From contig CM075988.1 in NCBI GenBank assembly GCA_038087875.1, positions 2,728,001 to 2,792,000 of the forward strand: DNA of 64,000 bases. The letters run 5' to 3'. Positions 25,151 through 37,800 of the stretch are shown here, in pieces (position 1 is the stretch's first letter; each line of letters starts with the position of its first letter). The translations under genes and the position numbers were made by a program. Below the pieces are notes generated by a model. That model had not been told where the DNA came from, searched no databases, and saw only the letters and a list, made by a program, of their open reading frames with translations. The DNA comes from Malacoraja senta (taxonomy: Eukaryota).

Positions 25151-25429
25151 AGGGACACGAATGCTCCCCCCCCCCTGTTTCTATAACTCTATTAATTATT
25201 TCGCATTGTCCGTTCCCCAGTCTCATACTCCAAGGAACCAATATTTATCTACACTTTTCCCTTCTTTTACTAGTAGAAGCTCTTACTCTCTGATTTAATA
25301 GTTCTTTATTCTCACAATCCATTTACCCTTCTCTATTTTAATCCTTCTCTCCTGTCTTTCTAAACATTCCTACATTCTGGCCCGCTGCTAATCTTCTCAG
25401 TGTTACATGGCCTTTCGTTCAATTCTATA

Positions 25430-26324
25430 TAGAGTCATAGAGTGATACAGTGAGGAAAACACCCTTCGGCCCAACTCGCCCACACTGGCCAACAATGTCC
25501 CAGCTTCCCCAGTCCAACTTGCCTGTGATTGGTCCATATCCCTCCAAACCTGTCCTATCCATGCACCTAGCCAACTGTTTAAATGATGGGATAGTCCCAG
25601 CCTCAACTACCTCCTTTGGCTGCTTGTTCCATACCACCCACCACCCTCTGTGTGAAAAAGTTACCCCTTGGATTCCTGTTAAATCTTTTCCCCTTCACCT
25701 TGAACCTATGTCCTCTAGTCCTCAATTTCCCTACTCTGGGCAAGAGACTCTGTGCATCTACCCGATCTATTCCTCTCATGATTTTGTATACCTCTATAAG
25801 ATCTCTCCTTATCCTCCTATGCTCCATGGAATAGAGACCCAGCCTACTCAACCTCTCCCTATAGCTCACACCCTCTAGTCCTGGCAACATCCTCAAATCT
25901 TTTCTGAACCCTTTCAAGTTTGACAATATCTTTCCTATAACATGGTTCCCAGAAATGAACACAATATTCTAAATGCGGTCTCACCAACGTCTTATACAAT
26001 TGCAACATGACCTCCCAACTTCTATACTCAATACTCTGACTGATGAAGACCAAAGTGCCAAAAGCCTTTTTGACCACCTTATCTACCTGCGACTCGACCT
26101 TCAAGGAAACATGCACCTGTACTCCTAGATTCCTCTGCTGGACAACACTACCTGGAGGCCTGGCAATATTGCCCTTGTTAGACGTCCCAAAATGCAACAC
26201 TTCACACTTCTCTGTATTAAATTTCGTCAACCATTGCTCTGCCCACCTGGCCAATCAATCCAGATCCTGCTGCAATTGCTCACAACTTTCTTCACTCTCT
26301 GCAAAACCACTAACTTTTGTATCA
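25430..26324 (-). mobile_element. CR1 LINE 3' fragment, interrupted at the DDTK motif by a PLE
   Basis: KFNTEKCEVLHFG, VRPHLEYC, RTRGH; minus strand DDTKVSG at the junction. Confidence 0.88.
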
Positions 26325-27978
26325 AGACACCTCAGACACTCTCCTTCAACTCCGCACATTCCATTCTCTAGGCCCTCACCCCCTCATCTTCACCATGGAC
26401 GTCCAGTCACTCTACACCTCCATCCCCCACCTGGATGGTCTCAAAGCCCTCCGGTTCTTCCTCGACCAGAGAAGCAACCTATACCCGGCCACTGACACCC
26501 TCCTCCGCTTAGCGGAGCTGGTCCTTACCCTCAATAACTTCTCGTTTGACTCCTCCCATTTCCTCCAAATACAAGGCATAGCTATGGGCACACGCATGGG
26601 CCCCAGCTACGCCTGCCTCTTTGTCGGGTACGTCGAACAATCCTTGTTCAATACGTACCAGGGCCCCATCCCTGACCTCTACCTCCGCTACATCGACGAC
26701 TGCTTTGGTGCCACCTCCTGCACCCACACACAATTGACTGACTTTATCCACCTCACCACTAACTTCCATCCGGCACTCTGGACCATTTAGGACACTTCCC
26801 TACCATTCCTTGACCTCACTATCTTCATCGCAGGTGATAGACTTCTGACCGATATCCACTATAAACCTACTGACTCCCATGGCTATCTGGACTACACTTC
26901 TTCCCACCCTGCTTCCTGTAAGGACTCCATCCCCTACTCCAAATTCCTCCGTCTACGCCGCATCTGCTCCCAGGATGAGGCGTTCCACACCAGGGCATCT
27001 GAAATGTCCTCATTCTTCAGGGAACGGGGGTTCCCCTCCTCCACCATAGATGAGGCTCGCACCAGGGTCTCTGCCATAACCCGCAACACTGCTCTCTCTC
27101 CCCATCCCCTCACTTGCAACAAGGGCAGTCCCCCTAGTCCTCACCTTTCACCCCACCAGCCGTCACATACAACAAGTAATCCTCCGTCAGGTTCGCCACC
27201 TCCAACATGACCCCACCACTCGCCACATCTTCCCATCTCCCCCCATGTCTGCCTTCCGCAAAGACCGTTCCCTCCGTAACTCCCTTGTCAATTCTTCCCT
27301 TCCCTCACGTACCACCCCCTCCCCGGGCACTTTCCCTTGCAACCGCAAGAGATGCAACACTTATCACTTCACCTCCCCCCTCGACTCCATTCAAGGACCC
27401 AAGCAGTCGTTCCAGGTGTGACAGAGGTTCACCTGCATCTCCTCCAACCTCATCTATTGCATCCGCTGCTCTAGATGTCAACTGATCTACATCGGTGAGA
27501 CCAAGCGGAGGCTTGGCGATCGTTTCGCCAAACACCTCCGCTCGGTCCGCAATAACCAACCTGACCTCCCGGTGGCTCAGCACTTCAACTCCCCCTCCCA
27601 TTCCGTATCCGACCTCTCTGTCCTGGGTCTCCTCCATGGCCAGAGCGAGCAACACCGGAAATTGGAGGAACAGCACCTCATATTCCGCTTGGGGAGTCTG
27701 CATCCTGGGGGCATGAACATTGAATTCTCCCAATTCTGTTAGCCCTTGCTGTCTCCTCCCCTTCCTCAGCGCTCGGGCAGTCTCCTCCCATCCCTCAGCC
27801 CTCGGGCTCCTCCTCCACCTTTTTCCTTTCTTCTCCCCACCCCCTATCAGTCTGAAGAAGGGTTTCGGCCCGAAACGTTGCCTATTTCCTTCGCTCCATA
27901 GATGCTGCTGCACCCGCTGAGTTTATCCAGCATTTTTGTGTACCTTCGATTTTCCAGCATCTGCAGTTCCTTCTTAAA
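26325..27978 (+). mobile_element. Penelope-like element (5'-truncated; RT, GIY-YIG, hammerhead tail) with 13-bp TSD
   Basis: MDVQSLYT, GIAMGT, RYIDD, YIGET; TSD aacttttgtatca at 26312-26324 and 27979-27991. Confidence 0.92.
27852..27880 (+). ncRNA. Minimal type I hammerhead-ribozyme-like motif in PLE terminal repeat
   Basis: CTGAAGA-A-GGGT(TTCG)GCCC-GAAA-CG-TT. Confidence 0.6.
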
Positions 27979-29376
27979 AACTTTTGTATCATCCTTGGTC
28001 AGTCATGAATATATATCTTCATTGAGGATAACCATTATTAACTGCATGAAGCAATTTTAAAGCATGCAGAAAATAGGTGACCTGCCCTTGTGTGTTCAAT
28101 AATCCTGAAGGATGACACGTGTGTTGGCTGTTAAAAACTCAAATGTAATCATCGTTATTAACATTCCTCTGTTAACAGATTGAACACAAAAGTAACCAAA
28201 TTCTGCTCAACCTCTTCAGAACTCAATTGTGAAAACTGTGGACACAGGAACTGCACATGCTAGTCTACAATGAAAAAGACCCAAAGTGCTGGAGTAACTC
28301 AGTGGGTCAGGCAGTATCGCTGGAGAACATGGGTAGGTGATGTTTGGGTTGGACCCCTTCTTCGGAAAACAGCATTTAATTGTGAGCATCATAATTCAGA
28401 AAGGATGTGAGACTGGAGAGGGAGTGCACAAGAATGTTATAAGTTTAGTTTTAGTTTATAATTGTCACGGGTACAGAGGTACAGTGAAAAGCTTTTTGCT
28501 AACTGGGACGTGTTTTGCAGAAGGCTGCAATTGATGGAAATAATCGGGAACATTTAATAGCATTATTTAAAATGACAACGTATATTATTATTCCAAATAT
28601 GTACAGCTTTGTGGGCTTCGGTAAGAATTATAAATGGTCCCGAGTGTTTAGGATAGTGCTAGTGTACGGGGTGATTGCTGGTTGGCGCGGACTCGGTGGG
28701 CTAAAGGGCCTGTTTCTGCGCTGTATCTCTAAACTATACTAAACTAAAATTGGAACAGACAGGAAGAGACTTCTTCCATTGACAGGAATGTTGATGGCAC
28801 GTTCGCATCCAGTCGCCGTCGTGGTAGCTCTGCGGATTATTATAATAAACTAATATGTTTATTTTAAATATCTTTCTTACTACTAACGCATCAGCATTAA
28901 CACTCTATGATCGTAAAACACTCTTAAACTTAAACTTTAGCATAATTCAAGCTTTTTAGACACTTTACTCACCGATCCAGTGTAACCAGCAGAGGTCACA
29001 AGAGCACGCCACGGCAGCAACAATGGGAGCACGGCTCTGGGAATAAGTCGGAAAAACCATCGAGGTAAGCGGGGGGGGGGGGGGGGGGATTCAGAACAGA
29101 CTCAGAGCCCAAGCCTACCGTCCACCTCTGCCCAGCATCATTCTTGCTAATGTCCCATCACTGGAAAAGAAGATGGATGACCTAAGGGCGAGGATTAGGT
29201 TCCAGCGGGACATAAGAGACTGCAACATCTTCTGTCTGACCGAGACATGGCTGACCCCGCTGGTGCCGGATCAAGTAATATGCCCAACCGAGTCCTTCTC
29301 TGTTTTTCGTGCAGACAGAACAGGAAATCAAAGGGTGAAGAAGTTTGCTTCATGACTGGTGCAACCTAAGAATATT

Positions 29377-30955
29377 CTATTTTTATTTTTGATTTTATTA
29401 GAAGTATTGTACATTACAATAATCTGCAATAACGTAAGTTTATACTTTTCTTGTACCACTTCTTATTTTAAACTTTAATAAGAGAAAAGGATAGAAAGAG
29501 TTAGTAAAGATAGTAAGTGAGTGATTGAAAGAGTGGTCCAGGAACACCACATGGACCTAAACCACAAGAAATAGTTTTTTTAAAAAGAAGAAAAAAGAGA
29601 AAAACCAAAAGGAGGAAATAGAAAAAAGAAAAAATAAGATAAGATAGGACAATATAATAAATAAATTATTTTAAGGGCGCCTAATACCGAGGTCTCTAGG
29701 ACACCTTACAATTTAAGAAACATATAAACTTATAAACATATAATCAGAGTAAAATAAATTATAAAGACATCACCAATACATAAATTAAAAACAGAAATTT
29801 GATCCAAAATAGACAACAACAAAATTCAGAAAACACAACATGAAGGGAGAGCAGCGGCAGCCAAACCGCGCCAGCGTACACTCTCCCTTCCGCCCGCCAT
29901 GTTGGACATAGACTAACACAGACACTTAACACTACACACAAAATCATCCCCCCACAATATGAAAGGGATGTGCCTACTTCATATCCTTACTCACCACTCG
30001 CCAGGTCCTGAAACCATTTATTATCAACATTTTGTTGCACCCTATGTTTGTAATAAGTCGATAAATGGAGACCAAATCTTTTGGAATTGGTCTGGTTTCC
30101 TGCTAAGAGGAATCTCATATCTTCTAGGTGTAACAATTCCGACATATTAGAAGTCCACATTTTTGTCGTTGCCGTGGGAGCATTTTCCCAAAATTTCAGT
30201 ATACGTTTTTTTGCTGTTATTAAGCCATAATTAAGAAAACTCCTTTGAAACGAAGTCAGCTCCAAACTTGCTTCTATTGTTCCAAAAATAATCAATTCTG
30301 CATTCGGTTTCAGTTTTATTTTAAATAATTTAGTGAAAATGTCAAAAATTTAATTCCAAAATTTTTGGATTTTTATACAAAAAACAAAAGAATGTGCAAT
30401 AGTTGCTTCTTGGGTTAGGCATTTATCACAGATAGAAGAGGTATTTGGGTAAAATTTACTTAATTTAGCTTTCGAATAGTATAATCTATGTAAAATTTTT
30501 AATTGAATTAGAGTATGTCTTACGTTAATCGAGCATTTATGCACATATAACAGGTGTTTATCCCAACTCTCTTTCGAGATTTTTATAGCTAGTTCCTGTT
30601 CCCATTCTCTTCTAATCCCATCAGATGATGGAATTTCTATGTTTAAAATGGAATTATACAGGTATGATATTAAATTAGCTGATTCCGCTTTTATATTCAT
30701 TATCTCATCTAATAGGTCAAGAGACATATTTTGAATTTCTCGTGTATATTTTTTCAAATAGTCACGTATTTGAAAGTATTTAAAATATTGATTACTACTC
30801 AAGTTGTATTTAAGTTGTAGTTGATGAAATGTTAAAAAACTTCCATTATCATACATCTCCAAACGTTTTAATTCCTACTCTATCCCAATTTGTAAATTAT
30901 TTATCTATCATAGAAGGTTTAAACGAAAGGTTATTGATTATAGGTGAGAGAATAC
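29377..30955 (-). mobile_element. L1/Tx1-clade LINE 3' fragment with 12-bp TSD
   Basis: C-terminal zinc knuckle KILHRLYY...CDKC...H...C; TSD cctaagaatatt at 29365-29376 and 30956-30967. Confidence 0.88.
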
Positions 30956-31279
30956 CCTAAGAATATTAAGACACTTTCTCGTTCCTACTCGTCGGGCCTG
31001 GAGCATCTGAGATCTCATGCCATCCATCCTACCATCCCCGGGAGTTCAGCTCAGTTATCATAACGGCCGTGTACATACCACCGCATGCGGACACCGACGT
31101 GGCACTATCGGCCCTACACGATATGTTATGTCGGCATCAGAACAAGCATCCTGACGCGGCTATGGTGGTGGCTGGGGATTTTAATACGGCAAATTATCTG
31201 GCCTGGCATCCGGCAATATGGATGACTACAAGGCACAGTCCTACAGACTGCAAAGGGCGGTGAAGGACGCAAAAAGAAG

Positions 31280-31800
31280 GTGATCTGGTAGTTAGTTATA
31301 GTCTGTAGCCCCTGCCAAAGGCGTCTGGTGACCTGCTGCTCCATCTGCGACTCCATCCTGTCCCTGTACCTCCTTTTCAGCCATGATCATATTGAATGGC
31401 GGTGCAGGCTCGAAGGGCCGAATGGCCTACTCCTGCACCTATTTTCTATGTTTCTATGTTTCGCATCCTTCACTGCTCTTCGCAGTCTGTAGGACTCTAC
31501 TTTGTAGTCATCCATGTTGCCGGATGCCAGGCCGAAGTTGTAAGCAGCGGTGCGAACATTCAAAGCGACACGAATGGACGTGTCCACCCAGGGTTTTTGG
31601 TTAGGAAAGAGGCTAACCCTTACCGTGGGGACGATATTGTCGGCTATTGTTGCAATGAAGTCCGTGACAGCTTCCGCAAACTCACTGATGTCTCTGGAAC
31701 TTGATTGGAACATATTCCAGTCGACGTCACAGTGCATCCTGCAGCATGGCCTCTGAATGGTCAGACCACCGCTTTACGCCCTTCGTCACTGCCGCTTCCC
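31280..31800 (-). mobile_element. Inverted Rex1-like fragment containing a CR1-tail insertion (about 31381-31460)
   Basis: DWNMF...FPNQKPW on minus strand; insert matches the CR1 3' UTR gatcatattgaatggcggtgcagg. Confidence 0.7.
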
Positions 31801-32630
31801 ATACAATTAGTCATTTATACTGCGGAAGCACGATTCGAGATGGGCATTATCACCCCGAGCTCGCCGGAAAACAACAACATCATCAGCACGCTGGCTAGCG
31901 AGGCTGGAGGGAGATCCACCACTGGGGATGTGCACACATTCTCGGTGTCCAAGCACGACGTGAGGAGGGCTCTGACGCGTGTGAACACGAGGAAAGCTGT
32001 AGGCCCAGATGGTGTATCTGGGCGAGTACTAAAGTCTTGTGCTACTCAGCTATCTCCAGTGCTCACCATAATATTCAACCTCTTCCTGGCCAAGTCCGTG
32101 GTCCCTGCCTGCTTCAAGAGATCCACCATTGTACCAGTGCCAAAGAATGCCTCTCCAGCGTGCTTGAATGACGCCCTCTCCTCGGTAGTCATGGAAATGC
32201 TTCGAGAGGCTAATCAAGAATTATATCTGCGCCTTCCCCCCTCGCACCATGGACCCGCTGCAGTTGGCATACCGTCCGAACAGATCCACGGATGATGCGG
32301 TCTCCCACGTTTTGCACACCACTCTCTCTCACCTTGACAGCCAGAAAGGGGGCTATGTGAGGATGCTGTTCATCAGTTCAGCTTTCAATACCATAGTCCC
32401 CACCCGACTTGCTGAGAAGCTGCTGGAACTGGGGCTGAACACTCCCCTGTGTGCCTGAGTCCTGGACTTTCTCACCGCCAGCCCCAGGTGGTCAAGATGG
32501 GGAGACATACCTCCAACCCCCTCACACTGAACACAGGATCCTCCCAGGGTTGCGTCCTCAGCCCACTACTGTACTCCCTGTACACACATGACTGTGTGGC
32601 CAGGTTCAGCTCCAACTCCATCATCAAGTT

Positions 32631-34437
32631 GTTAAAGAAGGAACTGCAGATGCTGGAAAATCGAAGGTACACAAAAATGCTGGAGAAACTCAGCGGGTGC
32701 AGCAGCATCTATGGAGCAAAGGAAATAGGTAACGTTTCGGGCCGAAACCCTTCTTCAGACTGATAGGGGGTGGGGAGAAGAAAGGAAAAAAGGAAAAGGC
32801 GGAGGAGGAGCCCGAGGGCTGGGGGAGGGGAGGAGACAACCAGATGGCTGATGAAGGGGAGGGGACAGCCAGGGCTAGCAGAATTGGGAGAATTCAACGT
32901 TCAGGCCACCAGGATGTAGACTGCCCAAGCGGAATATGAGGTGCATTTCCTCCAATTTACGGTGTTGCTCGCTGTGGCCATGGAGGAGACCCAGGACAGA
33001 GAGGTCAGATACGGAATGGGAGGGGGAGTTGAAGTGCTGAGCCACCGGGAGTTCAGGTTGGTTATTGCGGACCGACCGGAGGTGTTCGGCGAAACGATCG
33101 CCAAGCCTCCGCTTGGTCTCACCGATGTAGATCAGCTGGCATCTAGAGCAGCGAATGCAATAGATGAGGTTGGAGGAGATGCAGGTGAACCTCTGTCGCA
33201 CCTGGAACGACTGCTTGGGTCCTTGAATGGAGTGGAGGGGGGAGGTGAAGGGACAAGTGTTGCATCTCTTGCGGTTGCAAGGGAAAGTACCAGGGGAGGG
33301 GGTGGTATGGGAGGGAAGGGAAGAATTGACAAGGGAGTTACGGAGGGAGCGGTCTTTGCGGAGGGCAGACATGGGGGGAGATGGGAAGATGTGGCGAGTG
33401 GTGGGGTCACGTTGGAGGTGGCGAAACTGACGGAGGATCACTTGTTGTATGTGACGGCTGGTGGGGTGAAAGGTGAGGACTAGGGGGACTCTGCCTTTGT
33501 TGTGAGTGGGGGGATGGGGAGATAGAGCAGTGTTTCGGGGTATGGCAGAGACCCTGGTGCGAGCCTCATCTATGGTGGAGGAGGGGAACCCCCGTTCCCT
33601 GAAGAATGAGGACATTTCAGATGCCCTGGTGTGGAACGCCTCATCCTGGGAGCAGATGCGGCGTAGACGGAGGAATTGGGAGTGGGGGATGGAGTCCTTA
33701 CAGGAAGCAGGGTGGGAAGAAGTGTAGTCCAGATAACCATGGGAGTCGGTAGGTTTGTAGTGGATGTCGGTAAGGAGTCTATCACCTGCGATGGAGATAG
33801 TGAGGTCAAGGAATGGTAGGGAAGTGTCGGAAATGGTCCAGGTGTATTTGAGTGCCGGATGGAAGTTGGTGGTGAAGCGGATGAAGTCAGTCAGTTGTGT
33901 GTGGGTGCAGGATGTGGCACCAAAACAATCATCGATGTAGCGGAGGTAGAGGTCGGGGATGGGGCCCTGGTATACATCGGTGAGACCAAGCGGAGGCTTG
34001 GCGATCGTTTCGCCGAACACCTCCGGTCGGTCCGCAATAACCAACCTGAACTCCCGGTGGCTCAGCACTTCAACTCCCCCTCCCATTCCGTATCTGACCT
34101 CTCTGTCCTGGGTCTCCTCCATGGCCACAGCGAGCAACACCGTAAATTGGAGGAAATGCACCTCATATTCCGCTTGGGCAGTCTACATCCTGGTGGCCTG
34201 AACGTTGAATTCTCCCAATTCTGCTAGCCCTGGCTGTCCCCTCCCCTTCATCAGCCATCTGGTTGTCTCCTCCCCTCCCCCAGCCCTCGGGCTCCTCCTC
34301 CGCCTTTTCTTTTTTTCCTTTCTTCTCCCCACCCCCTATCAGTCTGAAGAAGGGTTTTGGCCCGAAACGTTACCTATTTCCTTCGCTCCATAGATGCTGC
34401 TGCACCCGCTGAGTTTCTCCAGCATTTTTGTGTACCT
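32631..34437 (-). mobile_element. Penelope-like element with inverted terminal arm and 14-bp TSD
   Basis: RYIDD, PFLD, CNRKRCNTC, NLIYCIRC..C..IYIGET (GIY-YIG); arms 32663-33129 and 33973-34439; TSD tccatcatca(a/g)gtt. Confidence 0.93.
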
Positions 34438-34816
34438 TCCATCATCAGGTTTGCTGATGACACTGTGGTGGTGGGCCTGATCTCCGATAACAATGAGAAG
34501 GCCTACCGGGAGGAGGTGGCTGACCTGGCACAATGGTGTCAGAACAACAGCCTCCTCTTGAATGTCACAAAAACTAAGGAGCTGATTGTGGACTTTAGAA
34601 GGGCACAACATCTGAGGACGTACACACCACTGGAGGTAAATGGGACTACTGTGGATAGGGTGAGCAGCTTTAAATACCTGGGAGTCCACATCACAGAGGA
34701 TCAGACACACTGCCGCACTGGTTAGAAAGGCAAGGCAGAGCCTTAACTCCTCAGGCAGCTGAGGAAATTCAGAGTCTCACTGAGGATCCTCCAATCCTTC
34801 TACTCTGGTGCAGCAG

Positions 34817-37800
34817 AGCTCCTCCAAACCGGTAAGTAAAAAGCCTGAAGGTAAGTGTTTACTTACGTTTTTCAGGTCGCTTTCTTCAGAGAACTTGTAG
34901 TTGGAACAACACACGTCAGAATGGAGAAAGGATGTTAGAGGCGTACCGCAGGTAACCTCGAGAAAGACCGCGTGTCTGCGAGTAGCGGGCGCCCTTTTGA
35001 GGAGTCGGTGGCAGCAAGGCCATCGACTTTTAAATACGGTTAAAAAATATACCGTTGTAGCGCCATTAGGCGCAAGAGACAAAAGGCCGGGTGGCCAGCA
35101 GACTCTGACGAGTCAGACCGGAGGATCCCCGACTCAGGCAGACATTTTGTCTATTCGGGTCCGCGTTGGCCTACGGGAGAGCCAGCGCAGGGAATGCCTA
35201 GGGAAGGTCCGGCTTAGCGTTGGCATACAGGAGAGCCAGCGCAGGGAGTGCCTGGGGAAGGTCCGGGCTTAGCGTTGGACTAAGGGAGAGCCAGCGCATG
35301 GAGTGCTTTGGAAGGTCCGGCTCAGCGCTTGCCTACAGGAGAGCCTGCGTGAGCAATGCCTGGATAAGGGCATTTTTATGCGTTGGCCTACAGGAGAGCC
35401 AGCGCCAACTATGTCTGGAGAAAGACAGTTTAAGCGTTGGCCTACAGGTGAGCCAGCGCCAGCAGCACCTGAAAGAGGGCTGCCTATGTATGGGCCTACA
35501 GGAGAGCCCGCGCGGCAAGCACCTGGGAAAGGGTTTACTATGAGTAGGCCTATGGGAGAGCCAGCACTAGAAACACCTGAAGCAGGATGCCAATTCTTCC
35601 CCTCCATGAGAAGGATTATTTTACGCAAAGATTCAGATACGAATCATATGAGGACCAGAGCCCAATAACAGAGTCTAAAGGACCAGGTTTGGCACAATAT
35701 ATGAAATTTGTGGTTCCAAAACTATCAGGGGAACCATTGGGAGATAAATTAGGAATGTCAATAAATTACTTGCTCTCCTAGCAGCTCCAGGTTCTGACCA
35801 TGCATGAGCTGTCAAAAAATATGATACCCGCAGTATTGAGCACTGCAAGCAGTCTCAGCGGTGAAAAAAAATAAAAAAATGACAGAGGGTGTTGAAATTG
35901 CTGGTCAGGTATTATGGCTTTGGCCAGAGGTTTGGATGGAGACCACGTGTCTGTATCACAACAAGGTTGACTTAGCACTCATGTGTAGTGCGCACTTTGA
36001 AATAAACTGTATTTATAAAAGTGCTATAAGACCTAACATATACCCTAACTTTGCGGGGCTCTGTAAACCATCTAATATTCAATTGCCAAAAATCTGTTTT
36101 TGGAAAGAATCTAGCCAAAAAGGGTAAAAGACCTCGATGAAGCCGTCGGTGATTGGCAGATCAAATCGAAGGCAGTTTTCCCTACCAACGTGTGGTGACT
36201 GGGGACAGTGAAGGATCAAATCAGACTTTCCCATATTTGCGTTATTGGCGCACTCCTCCTGAGGTACGTGGAGGTTACAATATTCCCACTAAGATCAGGG
36301 GATAACAATTGCCATAGCAAACCCTGAGGTAGGGGGTCTGGTTCTGCAAGAGACATATTCATGTTTTACACTTACAAGTTGGGGAAGATTACAATTCTTC
36401 CTAAAAGAATGGCAATCTGATGTATTTATACTGTACAGTATTGTGGGGTTTAGAATTGAATTCTACCCATATTTGGATTCTCCTACTCAGCATATTTCAA
36501 ACCGGACACATATTTCTCAAAATAAGAGAATATGCAGATTCAGGCAGAACTTGAAATATTGTGTAAAAGGGATAATTAAGAAGTCAGTTCACCATCACCA
36601 CCAATTTGTGCCAAGTGTTTTATTAGAGCAAATAAGGATGGTGGGTGTAGAATTATTCTAGATCTGACAAGTCTTAACCCTTTTTTGTACAGTATAAAAA
36701 ACAGTTTTGGAGACATTTGCCAATACTATACAGCCAATTTCAAGAAAATGCTATATGGCTAGCATAGATCTTAAAGATGTGGCTGTATATGGTAATAATC
36801 ATAGATATTTAAAATTTATCTGGATGCCATAATTATGGCAATTTAAAGCATTGTATTAAGGTTTAGCCTCAGCTCTGAGACTATTTGCCAGGTTGTTGGA
36901 ACCAATCTTTGCACTACTAAGAGCTCAGGGCCATTTGGTAATGGCCTATTTGGATATATTCGGATTGTGGCTACAACAGAACCATCAGTGTCAAGAATCA
37001 AGCTCACTTTGGAGAGGCTGGGATTTATTATGCATCCAGGTAAATCCAAACTATTACCAAGCACAGTAATTGATTACTTGGGTTTCATTATTAAATCAGA
37101 ACACATGGTAGTGATTCCGCCCAAGGACAAAGGCTGCATTTAATTGGTAGTTGTATTAAGCTCATTACACAGCACCAACCCTCAATTAGGCAGGTAGCAA
37201 GCCTGCTTTGCAAACTAATTGCTCATTTCCGGCTGTACAATTTAGACTGCTGCATTATCAGCATTTACAGCAATCATAGGTACAGGCATTGAGGATACAT
37301 TCAGGGCATTTTTTCCAGGCCCATGTAATTGCCAGTTGCAGTTATTATTGGAATACTATGGTGGATCATGAGTGTCTCAAATGCTTCCAGAGAGATCCTG
37401 GTTGAAACACCTTCCATTATTCTACAGACTAATTTTAGTGCTCTAGGTTGGGGTGCTACATACTATTTCCAGCTGTGGAGGCAGATGGAATGTGGAGAAA
37501 GCACCTTTGATCCAATAACAAGGGATCATTTAATGAGAGTTTTTAGGAACATTTTATGGGCCTAAAGCTTATTGCTCTAATATGCAAAGTTTGCATGTTT
37601 TAGGTACAGATTGACAACACTACGGAATAGAAACGTATGTTAATCAGTTTAGTGGTATTAAGTCAGAATCTTGTGATAGATTGGCTAACGTGATCTGGAC
37701 CTGGTGTTTTTACCAGAAATATTTGGTTTCGGCAATCTACCTACCAGGTAGATTCAAAATAGTTGCAGACTCAATGTCACGTAAATTCAATGACAATACA

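Noticed and set aside
32875..34161. 428-aa ORF as a complete gene
   Set aside because: Chimeric: the N-terminal about 63 aa are the antisense of the inverted arm fused to a 5'-truncated PLE ORF
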